Shown piece by piece: positions 11,185 to 21,283 of a DNA stretch of 64,000 nt. Source of the stretch: Hyaloraphidium curvatum SAG 235-1 (Eukaryota > Fungi > Monoblepharomycota); the NCBI GenBank assembly GCA_025558095.1, contig JAIVFI010000007.1, positions 682,001 to 746,000 of the forward strand, written 5' to 3'. The notes under the pieces are model-generated. The model had not been told where the DNA came from, searched no databases, and saw only the letters and a program-made list of their open reading frames with translations. The stretch's first letter is position 1. Every line of letters begins with the position of its first letter. Position numbers and translations under genes: made by a program.

Positions 11185-11530
11185 GAATGAACGGAAGCCT
11201 CTGAGAAACCAACAACTAAGCCAACCACAATACCTCCCGGCATCCTGCTCGTACTACGGCGATTGGTTACGCCGACTCCGGAGCAATGAACCCTACCTCC
11301 ATTTGTTTTGGTTCCTGCTCCCGCCCGCCGGGGTCTTCTCAGTATCACTGATCGCCCGGAGAAACCGAGCCCGCGGATAGATGCCCCGCCCGATCAAAAC
11401 ATCATTGCATAGCTCAGTCGGGATCGGATCGGCCACGACCCTTGCTTTCGAGAGCGAACTCAAGATCGCAAGAGTTGACCGTTGAGCGGGATCGTCACAC
11501 ACACAGGAGTCGTTGGAGGGCCAAAAGACC
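11185..11530 (-). ncRNA. Candidate Fanzor omegaRNA locus / element right end
   Basis: Non-coding stretch directly 3' of the Fanzor stop, with several stems (CGGCG-TAACCAAT-CGCCG at 11257-11274; CGGAGTC 11280-11274 can pair with GGCTTCCG 11199-11192). Its position is inferred from known Fanzor architecture. Confidence 0.4.
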
Positions 11531-14500
11531 CTAGTTGACGATGACACCCGCGCTCGCCGGATCGCGTCCCTCGAAGTTGGCCCTCCGCGTCGAGTAGAAC
11601 ACGGGAGGCCTGCCTCCGTGGAGGATCTCCGACAAGGCAATGGTGCGGATGTTGGTGGCAGCCATGACGTCCCTGCGGCCGAAGTGTCAGGAGCTGCGTA
11701 ACGAGAACCCAAGGCAACGAACCGATTCCAGCACTTGATCAAATAATCCGGATTTCTGCAATCCTTGATCTGGTAGTGCCCGTTCTTCGGGTGTTGTTTG
11801 CCGACCCTTTCCCAGCATGCCGCACAGATCTGCGACGTCATGTCTTCCTCCACGTCCTCGGTGACCGTGACGCCGCGGCGGCGCAGGATGCGCTTCAGCC
11901 ACGCCAGTGCCGACCCTGGCGTCGTTACGCCGCCGCGCATGTTGTGACGGAACCTGGCCTTGCCGAACGCAAGTATAAGGCGCTCCGCTTCGACGCCGCA
12001 GCCCTTGATGACCTTCTCGGCAACGGCTTCCTGCGCGGTGTGCTTGCCGATGTACCGGTCGAACCGAGACCGCCGGTGGACCTTTGTCCCGTAGAAGCCG
12101 ACGATCGTGGAGAGGTGCTTGAGACAGTGGTGGATGTACAGCTTGGTGTCCGCGACCGTGGAGGCCTTGGCGACGGGCGTGTCGCGCTCGATCTCGAGGA
12201 TGGACGGGTGCCGCTTCTTGCGCTGGTTTGCTTTCCACGTGTTGTTCTTGTACCGGGCGAGGTGGTAGTACTCGCCCGCGGAGATGCTGACGGCCTTGCT
12301 GTTGCCGTGGTGCTTGTCGTCCCCCGGCGTCGAGAGGCCCGTCGAAACCGTGAGGATGGCTGTGCTGCCGGGGTCGAGCCCGGCAACGGACATGCCGGGG
12401 ATCTTGATGTCGGAGAACGACGTGCCGGGCTGCTCCTCTGACGGCTTCCGCACGCGAACCGTGATCGAGGCCTGCACGGCGTTGGTGGAGAAGGAGTAGT
12501 CGAAGTGCCTCGACAGGTTCTTGGCGCCGCCGGTGTTGACCTTCTCCGGCCGGAAGAACATGCGCCACCAGTGCTCCGGATCCTCGGCTTCCGCGGCGAG
12601 GTAGTCGGCCAGCGAGGTGGGCTCCTGGCCGAGCCGCCGCTGCGCCACCTGGAGGAGCTGGTGAAGAGCGATGCGGTCGATGAGGATGTGCTTGGCTTCG
12701 GTCGAGAAGCGCGGGAGGACGTTGAAAGGCTTCACGAGCTTGTGGTTGTAGGGAAAGTTGCGGAGAGCGAACTTCCTCTCGCTCTTGCTTAAGTTCTCCG
12801 TCCACTGCACTAGCTTCTTGCGCAGCTCCTCGTGCTCCCGCTGGATGCGGAACAGGACGTCGAAGAACCTCTGCCAGTAGTACGCTACCCAGTACGCGCT
12901 GAGGTAGAGACCCTTGAGCAGGTCGTCGCGCAGTTCGGTGTAGACGTCGCGGCAGATCTCCAGGAGCAGCGGGTCGGTCGTGACCTTGTCGTAGAGCTCG
13001 TTGTTAGGCAGCGTGAAGGGTCGGTTCGTGTTGGCGGGGTGCTCCCTCGGATCCCAGAACTTCAGGCTGTTGACAAAGTGGGTCGCGATGGCCGTGGTTT
13101 CACCCTTGGTGAGCGTACGGCCCTGGTTTGGTTGCTGGGGGCCAAAACGACCGTGCTTGTGCAGCCGGATGCGAATCCTGCAGATCGTCCACGCGCGCAC
13201 CCGATCGTGCAGGTTTTCCTTCACCGAGTTCATGGCAGCCGTCACGTAGCCTTGCGAAGCGGTCCGCATGATCTGGCCGAGGCCAATCCGTGAGGTCCGC
13301 TTGTAACCATGACGAGCAGCTCGTTTGACGCAGCCCAGCCATTCCGTGTCGCGGAACGTGTTCAGAAGCGGCACCAGAGTATCGGCGTGGTCTTCGTCGC
13401 CGTCGAGTGGCGCCGCCACGGCGAAGAAGGCGTTCAGGCCGAGGCTCATGTCCAGGTGAGGGTACCGAAGGTCCCCTCCCAGTAGCCGCAAGTCGCGCAC
13501 GTACTTGAAGAAGAGGTCCATGAACAGAGACTTTTCGAACGAAAGCTTCGTGAACCGCCCGATGGCATCCTCGATGACCTCGTAGAGCGTGGCAGCTAGT
13601 TCCTCCTCTGGGCTCGCGGGTTCCCGCGCCGTCCGGTCCCCATACCTCAAGAACTTTTGGAACGCCATAACAACGGTCCTCTGGGCAGACTGCGGGCCCA
13701 TGAGCTCGTCCAGCGCCTCCTTGGGCGTGAGCTTCTTCAGATCGTTGATGTTGAACACGCAGGCCCCGGCGGTAACCTTCGAGTGACCCCTTTGTCCGCA
13801 GCCGTTGGCGCTCGTGTGGCACGCAGACATGTAGTGCACGTGCTCCTTGGCCCGGTGCTCAAACGATCCGCACTGCGAACAGTACAGAGGCTCTACCCCG
13901 CCGTGCGCCGCGCGCGTGTGGCCCAGCGAGCCGCAGTGAACGAGGAAAGGCCGGCAACCGTTGGGCTCCTCTGCGGAAACGAAGCTATGCTTGTGCTCGA
14001 GCACGTGGTCCTCGTACGAGATCAGGGGGAACCACGAGTACAGCACGTTCTCGGAAAGGAAGCCATTTGCGACCATCTCCCACAGTTCCTCCTTTGAACG
14101 CGACGCCCAGATCCTCCCGGTGCACACGAGGGCGTCGCAAGGATGCGCGTGGGCGATGTCGCCATGGTCAAGCTCGCCACACGTGCCGCAGACCGAGTGG
14201 AAATCTTCGTCGTGGTCGAGCGTGTTGAGCGGGTCGCAGTGCGGGCACATGAAAGGCATGCGGGGATCGGGCCGCTTCAGATGTTCCTTGGTGTTGTGGT
14301 AGACGCTCCCGCAGGGAAATAACTGGCAGCCGCTCCCGTCGCCGTGACCGGTATCCCAATGATCAGTGTTTCCGTGACCGGTATCTCAATGATCAGTGTT
14401 TCCGCAAAGCAGGGCGGGGCAACCGGTGGGCACGTTGGCCTGCTCCAGGTGGGCGGAGTACTCCGGCGGCAGGGCCGCCTGGGCGGCGGCGGCGGCGGCA

Positions 14501-14853
14501 TCGTAGCCCTTCTTCTTCGGCTTCTTCGGTGGCGGAGGCTCTGCCGCGGCGCCCTCGCCGTCCGACAAGGGAGGAGACCGTGCCCGCTCCTTGCCTTTTG
14601 GCGTTGCCTTGGGCTGCTGCTTCTTTGTTGTTGACTTCTTGGCCACCGACTTCGTTGGCGGCGCGGAGTCCGAGTCGTCCCCCCCGGACTCGGAATCGGA
14701 CGACTCGTCGAGCGGAAGCTGTGCCGTGACGTCGATCTCGTCCTCCTTGGCTATTCCTCGAGCTGGTCGCTTCTTCGCCGGGTCCTTTGACGACGCTTTG
14801 CCCGCATCGCTGTCAGATTCCTTATCCGGAGTCCGTCTCCTCTTGGGCCCCAT
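11531..14853 (-). CDS. Fanzor1 (eukaryotic TnpB-like RNA-guided RuvC nuclease), ~1090 codons, one 50-nt intron, in-frame TGA at 14386-14388
   Basis: RuvC-I VAGLDPG (D at 12373-12375), LAFGKARF, RuvC-II VEEDMTSQICAAC. Splicing 11673-11722 gives WNRDVMAATNI..GGRPPVF. ORF 14386..14958 (basic, NLS-like) is in frame with 11293..14259. Confidence 0.88.
14342..14403. repeat. 30-bp tandem duplication inside the Fanzor coding region
   Basis: CCGTGACCGGTATC(C/T)CAATGATCAGTGTTT x2. The copies differ at one base (TGG vs TGA on the minus strand). Confidence 0.95.
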
Positions 14854-15335
14854 GTCACTGCTATTGCAAACAATGTTAGAGCTCGATTGATCCTCGTCGA
14901 CGGCCGAGGGAACGGACCTCGATGCGGTGACTTGGGCAGGGGTCGAGGTCGGAGGCAAAGGCGGCTCTAGTCACCAGCGTCCTGGAGGAGGTGCGAAGGA
15001 ACGAGGGCGAGGTCAGCATCGCGCACTTCGCGAACCGTGTACTTGCGGCCCACCTAGACCCGGCTGGTGCAGTGGATGGCCATGCGGCCGGCGAGGCGGA
15101 CTCGGACTCGGCACCCGAATGCCATGCCGGCGGAGAGCGAAGCGGGCGCAGACTACCGACGTCTGAAAGAAAGAAGGTCAGCGGCTTCGTCGGAGGCAAT
15201 CCCGAGTGGAGCTCACCAACGAGCTGCAGGAATTGTGAATGAGGTTGTGCTGACCGGGGGCTCGCCTGGCTCGAGCACGGATCCCCACCGCGAATCCCGT
15301 CAATCCTTGCACCCCCGGTTTCTTGAGGCCGGCAC

Positions 15336-16082
15336 ATGGCTTTTCCCCTGGCATTGGCCGGTCCTCGGGATTTTCTTTCCATAGACCACTTCATTCGGGT
15401 GCGTTGGGGCGCCCTGGTCTACGATCCCACCGTGCACGGGACTGTGCACAACTTTCTTCAAAACTTTGGCGTCTTCGGCCCCTTGCAGTGGGCCCTCATA
15501 CCTTCTCTAGCGGTCTTCAATCCAGCATACAACCCTTTTTGGTGGCTGCCAATGCCTCCCTGGTTCCCCTTGCACGCAATGAATAGGGTGCTCCATGGAA
15601 ACATCCTGATGGCGCAGCCCGTCGGTCCGGCAGTTAAGAAAATGAATGTGATCAATATGGGGATGAACCATGGAATGCAATCGGGATCCATCGGACGCTA
15701 CTTCCAGATCGCCAACGGTGATACAACCAACATGGTCAACAGGGAGTTCCGGGCGCTTGGCAATGCCATCATGAACGGACTGGCGCCCCACATCCTTGCC
15801 ATATTGCTCATACCTGGACATCAAGGCACGCCCGGGTTTCCGCCTGCACAGGCGGTCATCAAGGTCTTCTGCCAGAACGTCTTCAACGGACCCGCCCTCT
15901 GGCAGTGCGTAAGCAATCATCGATCGAGACCTCTACTACTGACTTCATATCTCGACCAGGACGGTTCAAAACATCGACGCAATACCCATTCTGATGCACT
16001 TTCGGTACCTGAGGATCAAGCCTCTGATCATCGACTTCATCGGCCAGAATTCCGGAACCGCCTTCCCCGACCACCGGGCTGA
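15336..16082 (+). CDS. Hypothetical protein divergent from Fanzor (possible element cargo)
   Basis: ATG-started 248-codon ORF with non-GC-skewed composition. Intron-like segment ~15905-15959 (CTGAC..CAG). No recognisable domain; 3' end uncertain. Confidence 0.45.
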   Translation: MAFPLALAGPRDFLSIDHFIRVRWGALVYDPTVHGTVHNFLQNFGVFGPLQWALIPSLAVFNPAYNPFWWLPMPPWFPLHAMNRVLHGNILMAQPVGPAVKKMNVINMGMNHGMQSGSIGRYFQIANGDTTNMVNREFRALGNAIMNGLAPHILAILLIPGHQGTPGFPPAQAVIKVFCQNVFNGPALWQCVSNHRSRPLLLTSYLDQDGSKHRRNTHSDALSVPEDQASDHRLHRPEFRNRLPRPPG

Positions 16083-16320
16083 CGACGCTGACGATCGACG
16101 TGCGCTTCCAGCTCGGCAATTTGGTAGTTGTTGTTTAGCTTATGGTGGAGACAGAGATAGAGCGTCAGAATGATATGCAGTGGTTAGGAATTCAAGGGCC
16201 TGCTTTAGGCAGTGATATAGAACTTCTTTTGGCACAGAGTCCCGGTTGTTTTGAATATACCTCAAATACAGTATTTTGAGTTGATCGGGTTCCCGCCTCG
16301 GGCTCGCGATCGCCACGCCC

Positions 16321-17469
16321 ATGGTGACGCCGAACTTCGCGCGGGGCCTGCTCGTGCTCGGGGCGACCGCGGCTGTGGCGCTGTTGGCGACACGGGCAGC
16401 GCTGGCGCCCGTAACAGGGCCGGCAGCATGCACGCCGTGTGTCGCGTCGCCGCCTTCGCCGGACGTTGCACCTCGCGCCCCCGCCGCCGGCGGCACGCGC
16501 CCCGTCTTCGCCTACCATGTTCAGGCGTCGCGCGAGAACGTTGCGAGCGTTCCCCGCCTGATCCGCGCCATTCATGCCCCCGAGAACGACTACCTCTTGC
16601 ACGTTGACGCCAAGGGGATCGGGAGCCCCGGCGAGGTCGCGCTGCGCGCTCTCGTCGCCAGCGAACCATACTCCCGCAACGTGCGCATCATGGATAGCGC
16701 CTTTGTTGCTTACAGGGGGATTTCGATGGTCCTCACGACGTTCGACGCGCTGGTCGAACTCGTGGAAACCTCGCGGACGTGGACACACTTCGTGTATTTG
16801 TCCGGGAGTGATTACCCCCTCATCTCGCAGGAGCAACTGGCAGCGGCGCTGGAGGAAGCGTCGCGCGATGCGGCAAACAAGACGCTGGAGGTCAGCTTCG
16901 TCAGCACTTTTGGAGCTCTCGCTACGCGCTGGAAACATCTGGCGGTGGATCCGGCACTCTGGGGGTTGAACCTGTCGTTGCATGAGATCTACGGGTCGGA
17001 AATTCCGTTTGCGCCGCCGCTACCCGTCGGATACGGCTCCGCGTACGGGGTGCTGTCGCGGGCGGCATGTGAGGCGTTGGCGCGATCGCGCGAGGCCCGC
17101 AGGCTGCTGGTGATGATGGGCGGCATGACGGAGCCAGCAGAGAGCTTCTTCCAGACCTTCTTCGAATGGACGCGGGAGGGGAAGGAGCTCGGAGCCCTGC
17201 GTGCCCTCGACGATCTTCGGTACTGGGAGCAGCCCATGGACAGTCAGCATCAGAAGTACCTGGAAACGCAGGACCAGCTGGCAAAGGCGCTGGGTTCCGG
17301 GGCGCCGTTTGCGCGCAAGTTTGCCCCGGACAGCAAGCTCCTCGACCAGATAGACGCGCTGAGCGCGCAGGAGCGGGCGGCCGTGGCAGTGCGGGTGCTT
17401 GGTCGGATGAAGCGAGCTGTATCCAATCTTCCGGCGTACGGGCGGCGCGATACAGTGCCGGGGGGCTGA
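16321..17469 (+). CDS. GT14 (core-2/I-branching/xylosyltransferase-like) glycosyltransferase
   Basis: N-terminal signal anchor; YLLHVDAK, LSGSDYPL, GSAYGVLSR, ESFFQT, FARKF. Confidence 0.9.
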   Translation: MVTPNFARGLLVLGATAAVALLATRAALAPVTGPAACTPCVASPPSPDVAPRAPAAGGTRPVFAYHVQASRENVASVPRLIRAIHAPENDYLLHVDAKGIGSPGEVALRALVASEPYSRNVRIMDSAFVAYRGISMVLTTFDALVELVETSRTWTHFVYLSGSDYPLISQEQLAAALEEASRDAANKTLEVSFVSTFGALATRWKHLAVDPALWGLNLSLHEIYGSEIPFAPPLPVGYGSAYGVLSRAACEALARSREARRLLVMMGGMTEPAESFFQTFFEWTREGKELGALRALDDLRYWEQPMDSQHQKYLETQDQLAKALGSGAPFARKFAPDSKLLDQIDALSAQERAAVAVRVLGRMKRAVSNLPAYGRRDTVPGG

Positions 17470-17526
17470 AGTGGTAAAAAGAGTTCCCCGGCCGGCCCCA
17501 GCCCACCCCCGCTCCCCTGAATCACA

Positions 17527-19155
17527 ATGAGAACGCAGCAAAAGTCCGGCGGCTCGCGCGATGCCGTGCCGTCGACGCGCTCAATTCTGAAGGACCAGCT
17601 TGCGGCGACGGAGGAGCCCACCTTTGGCCAGCTCCGGGCGCTCGTCGCGAGCGGTCGGGTCCCACTACCCCTGGCCATCGCGGTCAAGCTCGCTTTCCTG
17701 GCCTGGCGCGCTGAAGCCACGGGAGATCAGAAGCAGAAGATTGGGAAGAGCGTCCTTTCGAAGTGGGTGTTCCGAGAGGGTCCCGGGTCCGACGTCCTGA
17801 CACTCCGGCCGCGCAGGGTCACCGCGAATCTGCCCCCGGAATACCGGAAGAAGGGCAAGGCCATCGAGAAGCAGATATCCGACGATGCGGAAGACGTAGC
17901 GAACTTGTCACCGTACGACGCTGTGCTCGCCTTCTTCAAGCTTTGGCGCAGCCTGCCCGCCTCCCGCTATGTCTGGTTCCCGGTCAAGGTGGATTCGACG
18001 CTATCGATGATGTCCGCCGTCTAACCCGCGTACGACAGCAAACCGTCCAGGATGAAGCGGACGCAAAGGAGATTTGGCTCGGGATCGGCAAGGAGTCGGT
18101 GTGCATCATCGACGGCCCGGCCAGGGAGATACAAAAGTCGTACGCTGTGGCCGATCTCAAACGTTTCGCAGCGTCTCCGAGCCAGTGAGTGCACTTGACA
18201 TGTCTTCTCCAAGTGCCAGCTAACTCTGCCTTTTAGGATAACCTTGGACTTTGGGACGAAAGGGTGCCCGACGTACTTGACGACCGAGGCCGGTCACATG
18301 GAGATCCTGCTAGCCGCGCATCTCGAGGTCTATTGGAGAAAGAAGCGCGAGGCAGAGCTGGCCGCCAGGCAAGCCGCAGCCCTGCTTCACGGGCCTGCAT
18401 CGAGCCAGCCCGATGTGCCGGCGAACGTTGTATTCGCTGCGCCGTCACCTTCTCCCGCGGACACGGATGGGCAAGTCTTGGGCGCACTTGAGGACGTAAT
18501 CACTTTCCTCGCAAGTGGCTCGGCGATGTGTACGGAGCCCTTGGTGTCGGACTTGCAGAACATACGCGACTTCTTGCAGGCACAGTCGGACGGATCGGAA
18601 AGCTTGGTGGCCGACCTGGACTCCCTGCTTCATGAGGTTATGTTTGCCGGTGCAAATGTGCTCGACGATCAAGGTCGGGCCACGATAACGGCTGCGTGCC
18701 TGTCGGCGCTGTCGACGGCCTTTGGTCATCCCAACATGAACTCATCATCCAACGACGCCTTGCTTCGGATGGCCAGATTGCTGGCGAACGAGATGGCTTT
18801 TCTCGCAGGACGAGGTGTCCCGTCTCGCGGACACGACACGGTGCAGATGCTCAAGGACCTGCTCCTGGAACTCGACGCAGGGGTTGGCGGCTCAGCGACA
18901 TCTTCATTGCATGAAACCGCCCGTGCAATCGGCAGAGCCATAGCGGCGATGCAAATCCAACTTAAAACCGTGCCCGACTTGCCGCATCGTGATGGCCGCG
19001 GTGAGGAGCCGTCGGCTGCGGGGTTGCCCGCCCTGCATGGACTGCGGACCAGCATGACAGCCACCTACGCCGAAGACGGAGCCGGAGACATTAGAGCAAA
19101 TGCGATTCGCCTAGCCGCTGTGTTCAACCATGGTATGGCATCCATCAGATTGTAA
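17527..19155 (+). CDS. Short, divergent talin-like FERM (F2/F3) protein with helical tail, spliced
   Basis: WRSLP..FPVK | IWLGIGKESVCIID..KRFAASP | TLDFG..ILLAAHLEVYWRKK parallels talin F3. Introns ~17989-18038 and ~18185-18236. Confidence 0.65.
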
Positions 19156-19165
19156 GGCGTCGGCA

Positions 19166-20983
19166 TTACAACCTCGGGTCAACATCCCTGATGCGAAGGC
19201 CCGCATTGCGACAGAAGTTCTTCACAGCTTCGATAGGAACCTCCCTCCTGTGGAAGATGCCCGCCGCAAGCGCAGCTTCCACATCCGTACTGTCGAACAC
19301 CTCCTTGAAGTGCTCGGGCTTCCCGGCGCCACTCGAAGCAATCACGGGGATATGCACAGCAGCCTTGACGTCCGCGATGAGCTCGAGATCGTAGCCGCTG
19401 TTCGTTCCGTCCTTGTCCATGCAGTTCTGGCGCAGGGAGTCAGGACAACAGAGTTCGCAAGGGCATCGTCTCGCCTCACCAGAAGGATCTCGCCGGCGCC
19501 CATCTTCTCGCACGCCGTCACGAGCTGGTAGACATCCAGATCGCGCTTCTCCCTCCCTCCCTTGACCGTGCACTGGTACCAACAGAATTTCTCGCCGCCG
19601 GGACCGGGAAAGGCGGTAGGTATGACGTGGTGGGTGGATGCAGCGTCCGGGGAAGAAACATAGACCCTTTGCGGGTCCACGGAAATGACCACGGCCTGCG
19701 AGCCATAGCCCCGCGCAATCTGCTCAATGGCAGTCGATCCGGAAAGCTGCTGGCCGTTGGCGTAGAACTCCTCCGCTGCATAGACGGCATCGCTGCCGAT
19801 CGAGACCTTGTCTGCCCCTGACCGAAAGTACTCTCCGGCGACCTCCAGAGCGCTGTGCACGACACCATTGGGATCCGTTATGTCGCGGATGCCCCCGCCG
19901 ATGGTCAGCGGCACGAAGACATTCTCCGACGTCCTGCGCAGGACCTCGAGCATGGGAAGATCGTGCAGCGGAACGTCGCGGAAGGACGTGATGTTCAGGA
20001 AAGTGACCTCGTCGGCTCCTTCCTCGAAGTACCGGCGTGCCAGGTCGACGGGCTTGCCCAGGTTCCGAACCTGTCCGTCAGATTTCTCGCGGACATCGTA
20101 CTGATCGCCCTTCGTGACGACAAGATCGCCCGTGTCGTTGGTTCTAACGTCCAAACAAGCGATGATGCGCTTGCTCAAGCGCTCCGGAGGGCGGGGAATC
20201 CCGACATCCCGGTGAAGCCCGTTTCCGATCGGCGCTGGCAGGGAATCCGGAAGATCGCAGGAAAGGAAAGACTTCAGGACACGGAGGCCGGCGAAACCGC
20301 TCTTCTCCGGGTGAAACTGAGTGGCGAAGCAGTTGCCCTTCCGGATTGCGCTCACGAACGTCTCGCTGCCGTACGTCGTGGTCGCCATGATCCAGTCCTT
20401 GATGTCGTCCGAGACCGGAATTGCGTAGGAGTGCACGAAGTAATACAGGGTCGAGTCCTCCCCGGTGTGGTTCAGAAGCTGGACCGAGTCCAAGGTGCAC
20501 GAGACCTGGTCCGGAGCCATGTCACCGTTCCGGCCCTTTACGGCGCTCGCACCGTTCCACCCGATCTGAGGAACAGCCTTATCGCTGTTGTCGAACCTCC
20601 GGACCCGCGTTGGGATGATCCCCAGGCCCTCCACGCTCGGGTCCTCGTCAGATCCGAGGCACAGAGATTGGAGGCCGATGCAGATGCCCATGAAAGGCCT
20701 CCCCGAGGCAATGTACTGCTTCAGAGGTTCCGCGTAGCCTTTGCTTCGCAGAGCAGTCAAACATTGTCCGCACGCCCCCACTCCGGGGAACAGTAGCTTC
20801 TGCAGACGGAGGAAGACTGTTGGCGGCGCGGACGGTGGGAAGCAGAGGTATTCGGTAGCGCACCTTGGCACGTAGAATATCCGAGGGCTCCTGGACGATC
20901 TTCAGATCGAACCCGAGATACTGGACGGCGTTGACAAGGCTGCGGACGTTCCCCGCGCCGTAATCTATCATCCAGACCTCCAT
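19166..20983 (-). CDS. HIS7: Imidazole glycerol phosphate synthase HisH-HisF fusion
   Basis: IDYGAGNVRS, GICIGLQ, YFVHSY, QFHPEKSG, RIIACLDVR..VVTKGDQYDVRE, ASSGAG, ALAAGIFH; several short introns. Confidence 0.97.
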
Positions 20984-21283
20984 GGTTGTCGGTGGAGCAG
21001 CAGGCCGCGAAGGAGGGGACCTGGGCACCGTGGGTTCCGGTAGGCTGGATTGTGTTCTGATGCGCTCCCGCGAGGCAAGAAGGGGCGAACGGGCGCACCA
21101 GACTCCCGCAATCTGCTGCAGAAGGTTTGGCCCTTTGGTTGTTGACTTCGGCGGCGTCGCGACGAGAAACACAAGGTCGTCGGCTTCCCTCACTCATCTC
21201 CCCGCATCGCGCCGCTGCTCATCGGAGCGCGCATCGCAGCTCCCGAGCGAGCTCGATTGCGCCGATTTGCGGGGGCCGCAGCC

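Noticed and set aside
11206-11226. Loose inverted similarity to 16121-16136 as Fanzor-element TIRs
   Set aside because: Low-complexity GT/AC-rich match that needs gaps, with no TSD visible.
11127-11348. 74-aa N-terminal extension of the four-domain enzyme
   Set aside because: Non-ATG start with no domain signal. The HAD motif begins right after ATG 11126.
11293-11722. C-terminal ~140 aa of ORF 11293..14259 as annotated
   Set aside because: Read-through of the 50-nt intron. The spliced frame restores the RuvC-III motif and stops at 11531.
14342-14403. Short repeats (here, 42628-42714 and 63213-63331) as CRISPR-like arrays
   Set aside because: Head-to-tail duplications without spacers, in a eukaryotic context.
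4034-16285. Single composite Helentron carrying the enzyme gene and Fanzor
   Set aside because: The Helentron's 5' subTIR and hairpin close at 8140, and no matching subTIR was seen further right.
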